This document shows, piece after piece, positions 8,388 through 17,781 of a stretch of DNA of 64,000 bases; position 1 is the stretch's first letter; each line of letters begins with the position of its first letter. A program made the position numbers and the translations under genes. The notes under the pieces were generated by a model, which ran no database searches, had not been told where the DNA came from, and saw only the letters and a program-made list of their open reading frames with translations. This DNA is from Pseudomonadota bacterium (GTDB lineage Bacteria; Pseudomonadota; Alphaproteobacteria; RF32; CAG-239): assembly GCA_030523245.1 (NCBI GenBank), contig JAUNIW010000002.1, positions 5,410-69,409 on the forward strand. Reading direction: 5' to 3'.

Positions 8388-8416
8388 AAAGCCGTCTTAT
8401 AACGGCTTTATTTTTT
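8388..8416. terminator. Bidirectional rho-independent terminator
   Basis: AAAGCCGT-CTTATA-ACGGCTTT, a perfect 8-bp stem flanked by an A-run and a T-run. Confidence 0.7.
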
Positions 8417-8430
8417 AACTTTTACAACGT

Positions 8431-9321
8431 TCAGATATCCATTGTATCCAGCAGTTCTCGCGTATATGACCGCAGTTCGCCGCTGTTCATCAGACTGAGC
8501 TTTATATTGGCACGTTGCAAATCGGCATTTGTACCGCAATCAAAACGCAACCCTTTGCACAACACGCCATAAATCGGCATACCTCGCAAAGCAGCTAAAT
8601 TCAAAGCATCTGTCAGATTGATTTCGCCGTTTGTCCCTTTGGTAACCTCCGGAAGAATGTCCATAACTTCGTTTGGAATGACATAAGGTCCCATAGAAGC
8701 ATAATTTGACGGCACTTCTTCCAACTTTGGTTTTTCAATCAAACCGGTAGCCCGTACCACATTACCTTCGCGTTTGGCTCCCACCAATGCGCCGTAGCGT
8801 ACCATTTCCTGCCGCGGGCATTCCATGATATTCTCGACAATACCACCCTTTTGTTCATATACCTCACACAGTTGTTTCAACACACCGTCACCATGCAGAT
8901 TGATATAAACATCATCAACCCACATAACAGCAAAATCGCGCTTGCCGATAACATCTTTAGCCATCAGTATAGCATGACCGTTGCCTTTCGGTTCGCTCTG
9001 GCGGGCAAACGAAAACTTCATTCCTTCCGGAATGATTTCCTTCACCTTTTCCAATAAATCAAGCTTATTTTTTTCTTTCAGATGCGCTTCCAATTCCGGT
9101 GCCGGCGCATAATATTTTTCAAACATATGCTTACAGGCATCATCACTGTAAATGAAAACAATTTCCTTAATTCCGGCTTCGGCACAACTGTCTACGGCAT
9201 ACTGAATTACCGGAATGTTATCTAATGTCATAAAGCCTTTATGCAGTACCTTTGTTGTCGGCAGATTTCTGGTTGACAAACCGGCCACCGGCAAAACACA
9301 AACTTCTGGTCTTCTATTCAT
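8431..9321 (-). CDS. galU: UTP--glucose-1-phosphate uridylyltransferase (296 aa)
   Basis: VLPVAGLSTRNLPTTKVLHKGFMTL...VIQYAVDSCAEAGIKEIVFIY resembles the GalU N-terminus [25 protein letters not shown]...IQYVVNECIAAGITEIV. Confidence 0.88.
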   Translation of the reverse strand: MNRRPEVCVLPVAGLSTRNLPTTKVLHKGFMTLDNIPVIQYAVDSCAEAGIKEIVFIYSDDACKHMFEKYYAPAPELEAHLKEKNKLDLLEKVKEIIPEGMKFSFARQSEPKGNGHAILMAKDVIGKRDFAVMWVDDVYINLHGDGVLKQLCEVYEQKGGIVENIMECPRQEMVRYGALVGAKREGNVVRATGLIEKPKLEEVPSNYASMGPYVIPNEVMDILPEVTKGTNGEINLTDALNLAALRGMPIYGVLCKGLRFDCGTNADLQRANIKLSLMNSGELRSYTRELLDTMDI

Positions 9322-9395
9322 TTTCCATCTCCATAATTATTTTTTGTAGAATAGATGTAGCACGAGAAAAGGAATTCGACAACCAAAACCGCATA

Positions 9396-12300
9396 TTATT
9401 TCACAATTATTCTGCCGGACGGCTTCTGTACGGCTCCCTCAACCTCTTTAAGCAGCTTGTTTTTATTTTCTTTAACGATTGTTCCGGCATTTTCTTTTTC
9501 ATAAGATTTTTTAATTGTGCCGCTGGCTCCCTTATCTATCGTATCTTCGGTTATTTTCCGCAAGGTCGGACGGTTTTCGGTTTCCGGACTGATTGTTACT
9601 TCCAGCTCCGGAGCCCCTTTATCTATATTGTTTTTCGGTACTTCAACAACCGGCTGTTTCGGTTCGCCGCTTTTAATAATTGGAGATTCCTCGACCGGAC
9701 TCTTCGTATCATTCAGAAGATTTTTAGCATTTTCGGCCGCTATCGCTTCTTCTTTCTGTTTTTGCAGCGCCTGCTGCTCATCATAAATTTTTTGCTGGGC
9801 ATTTATAATCTGCTGTAATTCATCATCCGTTTTTTTATAAACATCTTCCATTGCCGTATATTTGTCTGTCAGCTCTTTCAGTTCTTTTTTCAGACTTTCG
9901 GTCAGATTTTCCAGTGCGGATGTATTATTCATAATACCGTCGGCTTCTCCGCTTTGACGAACAAATGTATCAACCTGCATGCGGATATTATCGTTTAATT
10001 CTCCGATTTGCGTCTGATAGTCTTTAAGCACCCTGCTCTCTGTCATCTTCTGAGAACCGCCGATGGACAACAAAACATCAAATTTATCCTGCAACAACTG
10101 ACGATATTGCTGCATCAAGGCCGAAGATTTATCATAAACGGAAGCCCCTTCCGCAGAAATTCTCTGATATCGGGCTGCCACATCTTCCCGATGATGTGAA
10201 ATACCGTCTTTTTCCATGGCAGATAATTCAGTCTGCAATGCCGCGCAATCATTATTGATTTGGTTGACATCATTCTCCGTAAACTCGGCCAAGTGGGCTT
10301 TTCCCTGCATATTATCAACCTGTCGGTTAATTTCGTTCAGCCGTGACAGCATGCTGCGGTACCAAGCCATCTGTACCTCATCATCACTCTTGGACAGATA
10401 ACCTTCCATAATCGGAATGATTCTGTTACCGTATTCAGAAATTGCCGAAACTTCATGTTGTGCTGCTTCCATCTTGGCATTTAATTCCTTTGCTCTGGCA
10501 GCTTTTTCGGCTTGCTTTGCCGCTTCGACTTCTTCCCAATGAGCATCATATTTATTGACAATGTCTTCAATGTTAATGTCCAGCGCCGGCTTGTTAATCA
10601 TTCCGGACAGAGTAAAACTGAAAGGCGGAATTTCCGGTAAGTTTGTCATGGTTACGGCAAAAGTATTATTCATTTTCCATTCTGACAAATTGGTTGAACC
10701 GCTGACATTTATGTTTGCCATATTATTCTGCATGGTCACGGTGTCATAAGTCAGATTTCCCCGTTCGGCCGTTACACCGCCGGATATCACCGGAAAGTCT
10801 GTCTCGCCCGATTGCAGATTATCCCGTATTTTCTGGAATAATCCTTTAGAATATTTGCGGCCGGTCAGACTATTCTGAATCTGGGCAAAATCCAATCCCG
10901 ATATAGAAACATCCGAGGCTTCAAAGCGCAGCATTCCCGTATAATTTGTTACAAATTCTTCCAGTGAAGAAGCCGGCATATTAAAGTCTGATACCACAGA
11001 CATTTTTCCTTGTAAAAACTGATAAGTTTTGCCGCCGGTTCCTTTTAAATCTATGTTATCGGCTTTCAGATGTCCTTTCATCTGCGGTGATTTTTCATAA
11101 CTTATTTGCAAATTACCCGAAATTCCGACACCATTCAGAATCGCAGAAATATCATTTAACTGCAAAACACTGCCTGAATTCAGAACATGTAATTTCAAAT
11201 TATTGAAAACTTTATCCTGATATACTGCCTTGGTTGTCGTCAGGTCTATATCCAGTATGAGTTTTCGATACATATCAAAAACAAAAACATTTTTATTTAA
11301 ATCCGGCCGCGGCAGAAAGTAATTTTCCTGCGTCCGCGCCATAGCCGGCATATTTGTATTTGTCTGAACCTCTACAACATTTTCAAGATTAAAGTCGTCT
11401 CCCGTCACCTTAGCCGTTATGCGATAATTATTTTTATCCTGCGCAAAAACAATTTCTCCCTGATAATTTGCCAAACCGAGCGTGCAGGAGGCATTATCAA
11501 ATTTCCAGTCATCCACGATTCCGTTTATATTTCCGGCACAGCTGAATGCACTGCGCGTGTTAGCATTGTTTCGGATATTTCCGCCCAGATTATTTACCAG
11601 TTCGCCAAAGTTAATGGTTTTGACATCTATCTGACCGTTAAAACCGAATTTTTCTTCCTGTTTAACTTCACCGGTATAATTCAAGCGGTTCTCATCGGCA
11701 GAAATTTTGACATCCAACATACCGGCATGTAAATTTCCCTGATATTTTCCCACAGCCTGAAAAGTACCTGTTCCAAAAATTTTCCAATTAGGCCAAGGCA
11801 GTTGCAAACGTTCATTTACCTCTTTCATTTTTTGCGACTGGAAATTAAAATTGATTTCGTCAATATTTAAATCCAGACTTCCTAAATGACTCAGCAGGGC
11901 ATTCAGTTTTATTTTACTTTCAAGCGCGCCTTCCGCTGAAAAATTTTCAATCTTAAGCGAACTGTCTGCTGCTGTTGCCGCCAACACGGCATTGGATATC
12001 TGCGTTCCGCGGAAAGTCATTTTATCTGCCCGCAGACCGGCATGAACATTCAGCCATTTTAAAAAGCTCAGATGTCTGATATCTTCTCTGATGTTATCCA
12101 TAAAGGTTTGTGCCGTTTCATTTTTGGGCAGATAATTATCCAAATTCAGAGAATCCGCTGCCAGCTGCAATTCATAAACATTGCCGTTGGGGCGGAATGT
12201 TACACCGGCAACACCGGAAATATTCATTTTATCCATGGCAAATTTGATATCATTGGCCGAAACCGCTGAATTATTACCGCTTAAATTAAATGAAACCAAA

Positions 12301-13664
12301 GCATTGCGGTATGAGCCCTGAACATACGATTTTGCATAAATCCCCAAACTGTTTAAGAAAGCCAGAAAATCTTTGCTGTCTACAGATGCCTTCAAGAAAT
12401 ACTGCGGCGCTTTTTTCTCTTCTACCAGACTGCCGCTCATGGTCAAAACCGTATTGCCCGTACATGCCGCATAGAACTCATCCAGAGAAAGCGTGTTATC
12501 CATCCAGCTGCCCTTCAGACTGACACTTTCCCATGCCCCCTCCTTTTCATCATTCAAAACAACGCGTTCCGAGCTGATATCCGCCATAATGTTCAAATCA
12601 AAATCCGGCTGATAGATACTGCCGTTTTCTGCAAATTTCCGGTATTTGGCTTTCAGAACGGATAACAGCGGCCGCAAATCCAAATTAACCAACTGATACT
12701 TGACATCTATTGTTCTTTTTTGACCGGCCGCGGCTAGAAGCGGAATAGTCACACTGCCTGAACCTTCTATAAAATTGTCATATTTTATAATAAAGCTGGA
12801 CAATTTTATTTGTTCGCTGTCCGTTTCAACCCCTACAGAAAATTGCAGCGGCACATTATACTGTTCGTCCAAAACTTTTACATCGGACAACACATTGGCA
12901 AAATCTGCCGTTTGCTTTGAACCACCGCTGAAGTCTCCCTTATAAGCCTGTTCATTCGGCATATAAACGCCGTCAAAGCGTAAAAAACTTTCGGATTTCG
13001 GGTGGGTTATGGCAAAATTAACGGGAATATCAGCCAAACCGGAAAAACTGCCCAAACTGACAGCCACTCCGAAATGATCCTGATTTTTAACAAAATTACC
13101 ATCCAGACGATACGGTCCGGCAAGCGTTTCCGCCTGAATATCGGCATTCAGCTGGGATAAATCAAACTTTAAGCCGGAAACGGCATTTTCATAATGCAGC
13201 AAAGCGTTTTGCACGCTCAGACTTTGAAGTCTTATATTCAGGGCATCTTCGGTCAGGGACCGTGCGCCGTTTTTCCAGTTTATTTCTCCTTTATCATTCT
13301 CATTTATCCAGATTTCAGCACCGATTAAATATAACGAGCGGATATCAGGAGCCCCTTTCAAAAGCGAACGGAGAGAAACTTTTGTATCCAGATTGTCTAT
13401 GGTCGCCAGCACTTCGGACGAATTACTCGGATTGATAATTTTAACATTTTTGGCATTGAGTGCAGGTTCAGGCAAAATTTGGACACTTATCGGACCGGAA
13501 AATTCTATTTTTTTGCCGGTTACCTCAAAAAATTTATCGGCAATCTCCTGCCGGTAGGTATTCCAGTCGACCGTTGAAACATACGCCGTCAAACCACCGA
13601 CAGCCAGCACGCAAATCCCTAAAAATATCAAAATTACTTTTTTGACCAACGCTTTTCTCCTCAC
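9396..13664 (-). CDS. AsmA-family outer-membrane biogenesis protein with a long C-terminal coiled-coil and Lys/Glu-rich extension (1422 aa)
   Basis: An N-terminal TM segment plus an AsmA-like beta-rich region. The C-terminal 400 aa or so are heptad-rich, e.g. KELKELTDKYTAMEDVYKKTDDELQQIINAQQKIYDEQQALQKQKEEA, with repeated DKGA motifs. Confidence 0.6.
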   Translation of the reverse strand: MRRKALVKKVILIFLGICVLAVGGLTAYVSTVDWNTYRQEIADKFFEVTGKKIEFSGPISVQILPEPALNAKNVKIINPSNSSEVLATIDNLDTKVSLRSLLKGAPDIRSLYLIGAEIWINENDKGEINWKNGARSLTEDALNIRLQSLSVQNALLHYENAVSGLKFDLSQLNADIQAETLAGPYRLDGNFVKNQDHFGVAVSLGSFSGLADIPVNFAITHPKSESFLRFDGVYMPNEQAYKGDFSGGSKQTADFANVLSDVKVLDEQYNVPLQFSVGVETDSEQIKLSSFIIKYDNFIEGSGSVTIPLLAAAGQKRTIDVKYQLVNLDLRPLLSVLKAKYRKFAENGSIYQPDFDLNIMADISSERVVLNDEKEGAWESVSLKGSWMDNTLSLDEFYAACTGNTVLTMSGSLVEEKKAPQYFLKASVDSKDFLAFLNSLGIYAKSYVQGSYRNALVSFNLSGNNSAVSANDIKFAMDKMNISGVAGVTFRPNGNVYELQLAADSLNLDNYLPKNETAQTFMDNIREDIRHLSFLKWLNVHAGLRADKMTFRGTQISNAVLAATAADSSLKIENFSAEGALESKIKLNALLSHLGSLDLNIDEINFNFQSQKMKEVNERLQLPWPNWKIFGTGTFQAVGKYQGNLHAGMLDVKISADENRLNYTGEVKQEEKFGFNGQIDVKTINFGELVNNLGGNIRNNANTRSAFSCAGNINGIVDDWKFDNASCTLGLANYQGEIVFAQDKNNYRITAKVTGDDFNLENVVEVQTNTNMPAMARTQENYFLPRPDLNKNVFVFDMYRKLILDIDLTTTKAVYQDKVFNNLKLHVLNSGSVLQLNDISAILNGVGISGNLQISYEKSPQMKGHLKADNIDLKGTGGKTYQFLQGKMSVVSDFNMPASSLEEFVTNYTGMLRFEASDVSISGLDFAQIQNSLTGRKYSKGLFQKIRDNLQSGETDFPVISGGVTAERGNLTYDTVTMQNNMANINVSGSTNLSEWKMNNTFAVTMTNLPEIPPFSFTLSGMINKPALDINIEDIVNKYDAHWEEVEAAKQAEKAARAKELNAKMEAAQHEVSAISEYGNRIIPIMEGYLSKSDDEVQMAWYRSMLSRLNEINRQVDNMQGKAHLAEFTENDVNQINNDCAALQTELSAMEKDGISHHREDVAARYQRISAEGASVYDKSSALMQQYRQLLQDKFDVLLSIGGSQKMTESRVLKDYQTQIGELNDNIRMQVDTFVRQSGEADGIMNNTSALENLTESLKKELKELTDKYTAMEDVYKKTDDELQQIINAQQKIYDEQQALQKQKEEAIAAENAKNLLNDTKSPVEESPIIKSGEPKQPVVEVPKNNIDKGAPELEVTISPETENRPTLRKITEDTIDKGASGTIKKSYEKENAGTIVKENKNKLLKEVEGAVQKPSGRIIVK

Positions 13665-13744
13665 GGATATAAAGATAAACTTGACTTTTAATGTATCTTA
13701 TCCCTAGAATAAATCAATATTTTTTTCAAATACGGGGTAAAAAT

Positions 13745-14149
13745 ATGGAAAATACGCAAAAACTGTTTGAACTGGCCTGTTCCTGCCGTCTGAACGCCTA
13801 TACGCCTTATTCGCATTTTAAGGTTGGCGCGGCTCTCTTAAGCGGAAATCATAAATTTTTCTGCGGCTGTAATGTTGAAAATGCCTCATATCCCTGCGGA
13901 ACCTGTGCCGAAGCCGGCGCCATTTCGGCCATGGCTGCCGCCGGTGAAACCAAAATTCTTGAAATTCTGATTGTGGCCGATACGCCGCAAATTCTGCCCT
14001 GCGGCAACTGCCTGCAAAAAATTTTGGAATTCGGTGATGACAATACCCTTGTGCACAGTGCAGACTTAAACGGTTCCATAAAAACTTTTCGTTTGTATGA
14101 TTTAATTCCTCATTTTTTCAAAGCGGGAGATATAAAAAATGCTGACTAA
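13745..14149 (+). CDS. cdd: Cytidine deaminase (134 aa)
   Basis: The zinc-binding motifs CAE (..GTCAEAGAI..) and PCGNC are present. The start at MENTQK follows an RBS; the ORF track begins 18 codons upstream. Confidence 0.85.
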   Translation: MENTQKLFELACSCRLNAYTPYSHFKVGAALLSGNHKFFCGCNVENASYPCGTCAEAGAISAMAAAGETKILEILIVADTPQILPCGNCLQKILEFGDDNTLVHSADLNGSIKTFRLYDLIPHFFKAGDIKNAD

Positions 14150-14936
14150 TTCCCTGAAATATATCCAAAACAAACTTAACGGTCTTATTCCGGATACGGC
14201 TCTTATTCTGGGGTCCGGTCTGGACGGTGTCAGCAAAGCCATTAAAGACCCGGTCTGTCTGAATTATGCCGATATTCCCGATTTTCCACAGACAACGGTT
14301 GCCGGTCATAAAGGGCGTTTTGCCGTTGGTTCCATCGGCAGTCATACCGTTATTTGTATGGAAGGACGTTTTCATCTTTATGAGGGAATCGCCCCACAGT
14401 TGATTTCTGAAATTATCAGTCTGCTGGCTGCACTGGGTGTCAAGAAAATGATTATTACCAATGCTGCCGGTTCCCTGACGACCGATATGCCGGCCGGCAG
14501 TCTTATGCTGATTAAAGATCATATCAATTTCAGCGGGCGCAATCCGCTTATCGGCCCGCATGACGAACCGTATTTTCCGGATATGAGCAATGCTTATGAT
14601 TCCTCTTGCCGGCAGGATATAAAAAAACTGGCGGCACAAATGCAGATTGAACTCTTTGAAGGCGTTTATCTGATGGCTCTGGGGCCAAATTATGAAACTC
14701 CAAGCGAAGTAAGACTTTTCCGCATGTTCGGTGCCGATGCCGTCGGGATGTCCACAGTACCGGAAGTTATTGCCGCAGTCCACAAAAATATCAAAGTCCT
14801 TGCCTTTTCCGTTATTTCTAATCTGGGGACGGGATTAACCACAGAAGTTCAAAACCATAATGATGTCTTGGCTCAAGTGGAAAAATCTTCCCAAAAACTG
14901 GAAAAACTGATAAAAACATATTTACAACAATCATAA
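14139..14936 (+). CDS. punA: Purine nucleoside phosphorylase, trimeric PunA/XapA type (265 aa)
   Basis: ILGSGLDGV...TVAGHKGRFAVGS...MEGRFHLYEG...TNAAGSL...GMSTVPEVIAA matches PNP family-1 signatures. Confidence 0.85.
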   Translation: MLTNSLKYIQNKLNGLIPDTALILGSGLDGVSKAIKDPVCLNYADIPDFPQTTVAGHKGRFAVGSIGSHTVICMEGRFHLYEGIAPQLISEIISLLAALGVKKMIITNAAGSLTTDMPAGSLMLIKDHINFSGRNPLIGPHDEPYFPDMSNAYDSSCRQDIKKLAAQMQIELFEGVYLMALGPNYETPSEVRLFRMFGADAVGMSTVPEVIAAVHKNIKVLAFSVISNLGTGLTTEVQNHNDVLAQVEKSSQKLEKLIKTYLQQS

Positions 14937-14946
14937 GGAGTCCGCC

Positions 14947-16257
14947 ATGTTACCTCAGGAAATTATTCGCAGCAAACGCAATAAGGAAGTTCTCAAACCG
15001 GAAGAAATTCAGGAATTTATTCAAGGCATGGCTGCCGGCAGTGTTGCCGATGTTCAGGTTGCCGCTTTCACCATGGCAGCTTTTCTGAACGGTCTGAACA
15101 GTCAGGAAACAACAGCTTTGACTCTTGCTATGCGCGACTCCGGCGATATTTTAAACTGGAATGATTTTGATAAACCGATTGTCGACAAGCACTCCAGCGG
15201 CGGTGTCGGCGACAAAGTCAGCTTAATGCTGGCACCTCTTTTGGCTTGTTGTGATGTATATGTGCCAATGATTGCCGGTCGCGGATTGGGACACACCGGC
15301 GGTACCATAGATAAACTTGAAGCTATTGCCGGCTACAATACTCAGGCCGATATAAATTTGTTTAAAAAAACTGTTAAGGAAGTCGGATGCGCCATTATCG
15401 GCCAAACGGCAAATCTGGCGCCGGCCGATAAAAAAATTTACGCCATTCGTGATGTCTGCAGTACCGTAGAATCAATCCCGTTGATTACGGCTTCCATTCT
15501 TTCCAAGAAACTGGCTGCCGGCCTGCAATATCTCGTTATGGACTTAAAATGCGGCAATGGCGCTTTTATGGGGAATTATGATGATGCCAAAGCACTGGCG
15601 CAGTCCATTGTTAATGTTGCAGCGGCTGCAGGCACGCAGACCCGCGCCGTTTTGACGGATATGAATCAGGTTTTGGGCGGAGCTGCCGGTAATGCCGTTG
15701 AAGTTATGGAAGCTTTGGATTATCTGACAAATAAAAACGTTAATTCCCGTTTAGATACCGTTACCAAAGAGCTGGGTGCAGAATTGCTGTTGCAATGCGG
15801 CCGCTGCCGAACTCTGGCCGAAGCTCATCAGCTGTTGGAGAATGTCCATTCTTCCGGCGCGGCAGCAGAAAAGTTCGGACAAATGGCTGCTGCTCTGGGT
15901 GCCTCCGGCTCCTTTATCGAAAATCCGCAAAAATATATGCCGCGGGCCAGATTGCAAAAACCGGTTTTAGCTGAAACAGACGGCTATGTCTGTGCCATGG
16001 ATACCCGCGCTATCGGTCTCAGCATTATCAAATTACACGGCGGCCGCACCGTTCCGGGGCAAAAACTTGATTTATCCACCGGATATACGGAATTTGCGCA
16101 AATCGGAGATAAAATCGAAGCTGGATATACGCCGCTCGCCATGGTTCATTATAATAATGAAGAAGAATTTGAAATTGCCAAAGCCGATATTCTGGCTGCA
16201 GTACAAATTCGGGATAAACAACCGCCGGTTCATAACCCGATTTTGATGAAAATATAA
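14947..16257 (+). CDS. deoA: Thymidine / pyrimidine-nucleoside phosphorylase (436 aa)
   Basis: The N-terminus MLPQEIIRSKRN...AAFTMAAFLNG...LAMRDSGDILNW...VDKHSSGGVGDK parallels E. coli DeoA MFLAQEIIRKKRDG...LAMRDSG...VDKHSTGGVGD. Confidence 0.88.
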   Translation: MLPQEIIRSKRNKEVLKPEEIQEFIQGMAAGSVADVQVAAFTMAAFLNGLNSQETTALTLAMRDSGDILNWNDFDKPIVDKHSSGGVGDKVSLMLAPLLACCDVYVPMIAGRGLGHTGGTIDKLEAIAGYNTQADINLFKKTVKEVGCAIIGQTANLAPADKKIYAIRDVCSTVESIPLITASILSKKLAAGLQYLVMDLKCGNGAFMGNYDDAKALAQSIVNVAAAAGTQTRAVLTDMNQVLGGAAGNAVEVMEALDYLTNKNVNSRLDTVTKELGAELLLQCGRCRTLAEAHQLLENVHSSGAAAEKFGQMAAALGASGSFIENPQKYMPRARLQKPVLAETDGYVCAMDTRAIGLSIIKLHGGRTVPGQKLDLSTGYTEFAQIGDKIEAGYTPLAMVHYNNEEEFEIAKADILAAVQIRDKQPPVHNPILMKI

Positions 16258-16276
16258 AAAATCTTCATATCAAAAA

Positions 16277-16309
16277 AAGGCAGCTGTTATGAAAACAACT
16301 GCCTTTTAA
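16277..16309. terminator. Bidirectional terminator between convergent deoA and the repeat-protein gene
   Basis: GGCAGCTGTT-ATGAAA-ACAACTGCC with one mismatch, flanked by an A-run and a T-run. Confidence 0.55.
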
Positions 16310-16310
16310 A

Positions 16311-17309
16311 TCATGCGTCAAGCTTTGCCAAGATATCCAGCAACAGATAGAAGTGGAAATTACACGGCTGATATCTGTAATAGTTTCTCAGTACCGCGTA
16401 TTTTTTACGCTCGGCCAAAGAGAACAACATATCCTCCTTCACCTGATGCCTGCTTATCAATAACTTAATTTCTTTTTCATTATTGCGTTCAAGAACTTTC
16501 TCAACAAATTCTTCGGATACCTCAAACCAGACAATCAGCTTGCATATTTCAGCTGAAACACCTCGTTTCAGAATATCCATCTGATACTTTGAGAGCAAAT
16601 CACGAGAAGTCCATCCCCGATTGTAACTGCATGTCATCAGTTCAATGACCTCATCTGCCCTGCCACGGTTTAACACACTTTGGAAAATCTGCTCCGTTGG
16701 TTCTATATTATAGATGGCTTTGATAATTATCTCTTTGCAATCCAGATTCAGCAGGTACACGAAGTTTTTCTCAGAAATGCACTTTCTCTTCTTTGTTAAT
16801 AAACATTCTATTAACTCAAGATTATTGCTATAAATAATTGTATCAATATCCTGAGGTGTTAAACACACTGACGTATACGGCGGCTTCCCCGTACAAAGCG
16901 GTACATGGCAGATAAGCTTTTCAATACTGGCTGTATTTCCGCTTTCACAAATCGCCGTAACGCTTGCCTGAGTTTCCAATCCGAAATTCAGCAGAAACTC
17001 CATTTCCGAGCTGTTATTCCGCGCAATAATTGCCTCCTCTGATGCTTTATCCAGATGCAGGTCCTTTTGCTGCAGCAAGAGTTTTATTTCCTCCGTCCGG
17101 CCACGCTGAATTATCTTTTTAACAATTTTAGGCATCGGAACATGATGAGATAAAAACGCATTCATTTCTTCGGCATTATCTCGCAAAAACAGAGCCTCTT
17201 CCGCTTCCGGTAACAGAAAAGAAGTTTTTTTGAGCCGCTTCATAATCTTTTGATGATTACCTTTGTTTATTAAAGTCAAATCATCCTCTTTAAATAATCT
17301 TTCAAACAT
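16311..17309 (-). CDS. Repeat protein, degenerate ankyrin-like helical repeats (332 aa)
   Basis: A recurring motif of about 30 aa: IIQRGRTEEIKLLLQ, VLNRGRADEVIELMT, VLERNNEKEIKLLIS, IIARNNSSEMEFLLN, FLRDNAEEMNAFLS. This resembles the ankyrin second-helix pattern (G/N-x-EVVKLLL). Confidence 0.5.
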   Translation of the reverse strand: MFERLFKEDDLTLINKGNHQKIMKRLKKTSFLLPEAEEALFLRDNAEEMNAFLSHHVPMPKIVKKIIQRGRTEEIKLLLQQKDLHLDKASEEAIIARNNSSEMEFLLNFGLETQASVTAICESGNTASIEKLICHVPLCTGKPPYTSVCLTPQDIDTIIYSNNLELIECLLTKKRKCISEKNFVYLLNLDCKEIIIKAIYNIEPTEQIFQSVLNRGRADEVIELMTCSYNRGWTSRDLLSKYQMDILKRGVSAEICKLIVWFEVSEEFVEKVLERNNEKEIKLLISRHQVKEDMLFSLAERKKYAVLRNYYRYQPCNFHFYLLLDILAKLDA

Positions 17310-17481
17310 AATGATAATTTTAGTTAATAATAGAATTTATGCGCATTTTATAACATAATGGAAATATTTTGTCAAGTTTCGGCTCTATCTGCCGTATTGC
17401 GCCTCATCCAGACGAATCATACATTCCAACGCATCTCCGTACGTTACTACCGACTGCCGGCAGGAAATAACCGGTTTTATA

Positions 17482-17781
17482 CTAGCGGGTTGGATTGTCT
17501 GTTTGGCGCACGAATTCAAGATAAGCATCTGGCAGAGGACGATTATAGCAATCATCTTCCTGACGCAATGCTTTCGTCTTGAGTTTGGCAATCTGCCGGT
17601 TTGCTTTTTGTTGTCTGTCATTATAGGCCTCCAGTTTTTCGGTTAAATCCTTTTTACTCTGTTGCAACAAGATATTTTGCTGCTGCAGCTGCTGATTTTT
17701 TTCTTCACTTTTTTGCAAAGAAAAATGCTGCCAGCACACATATCCTGCCAGCAGCACACATAAAACTAAAATACTTCTCAT
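17482..17781 (-). CDS. FtsB/DivIC-like septum-formation-initiator family protein (about 100 aa; start at MRSILV)
   Basis: An N-terminal TM (ILVLCVLLAGYVCW) then a Gln-rich coiled coil. The C-terminal ...RQEDDCYNRPLPDAYLEFV resembles the FtsB RPGE..Y..V tail. The ORF track's 175-aa version extends upstream without an RBS. Confidence 0.4.
   Translation of the reverse strand: MRSILVLCVLLAGYVCWQHFSLQKSEEKNQQLQQQNILLQQSKKDLTEKLEAYNDRQQKANRQIAKLKTKALRQEDDCYNRPLPDAYLEFVRQTDNPTR

Noticed and set aside
14118-14783. 221-aa minus-strand ORF
   Set aside because: It lies entirely antisense within the well-supported punA gene and is compositionally odd (Gly/Ile/Asn-rich), so it is spurious.
17385-17555. 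Lipoprotein-like small ORF (MIAIIVLCQMLILNSCAKQ...) on the minus strand
   Set aside because: It overlaps the 3' 74 nt of the FtsB-like gene in another frame and lacks a convincing RBS. The two are unlikely to coexist, and the FtsB-like gene is preferred; a real small lipoprotein cannot be fully excluded.
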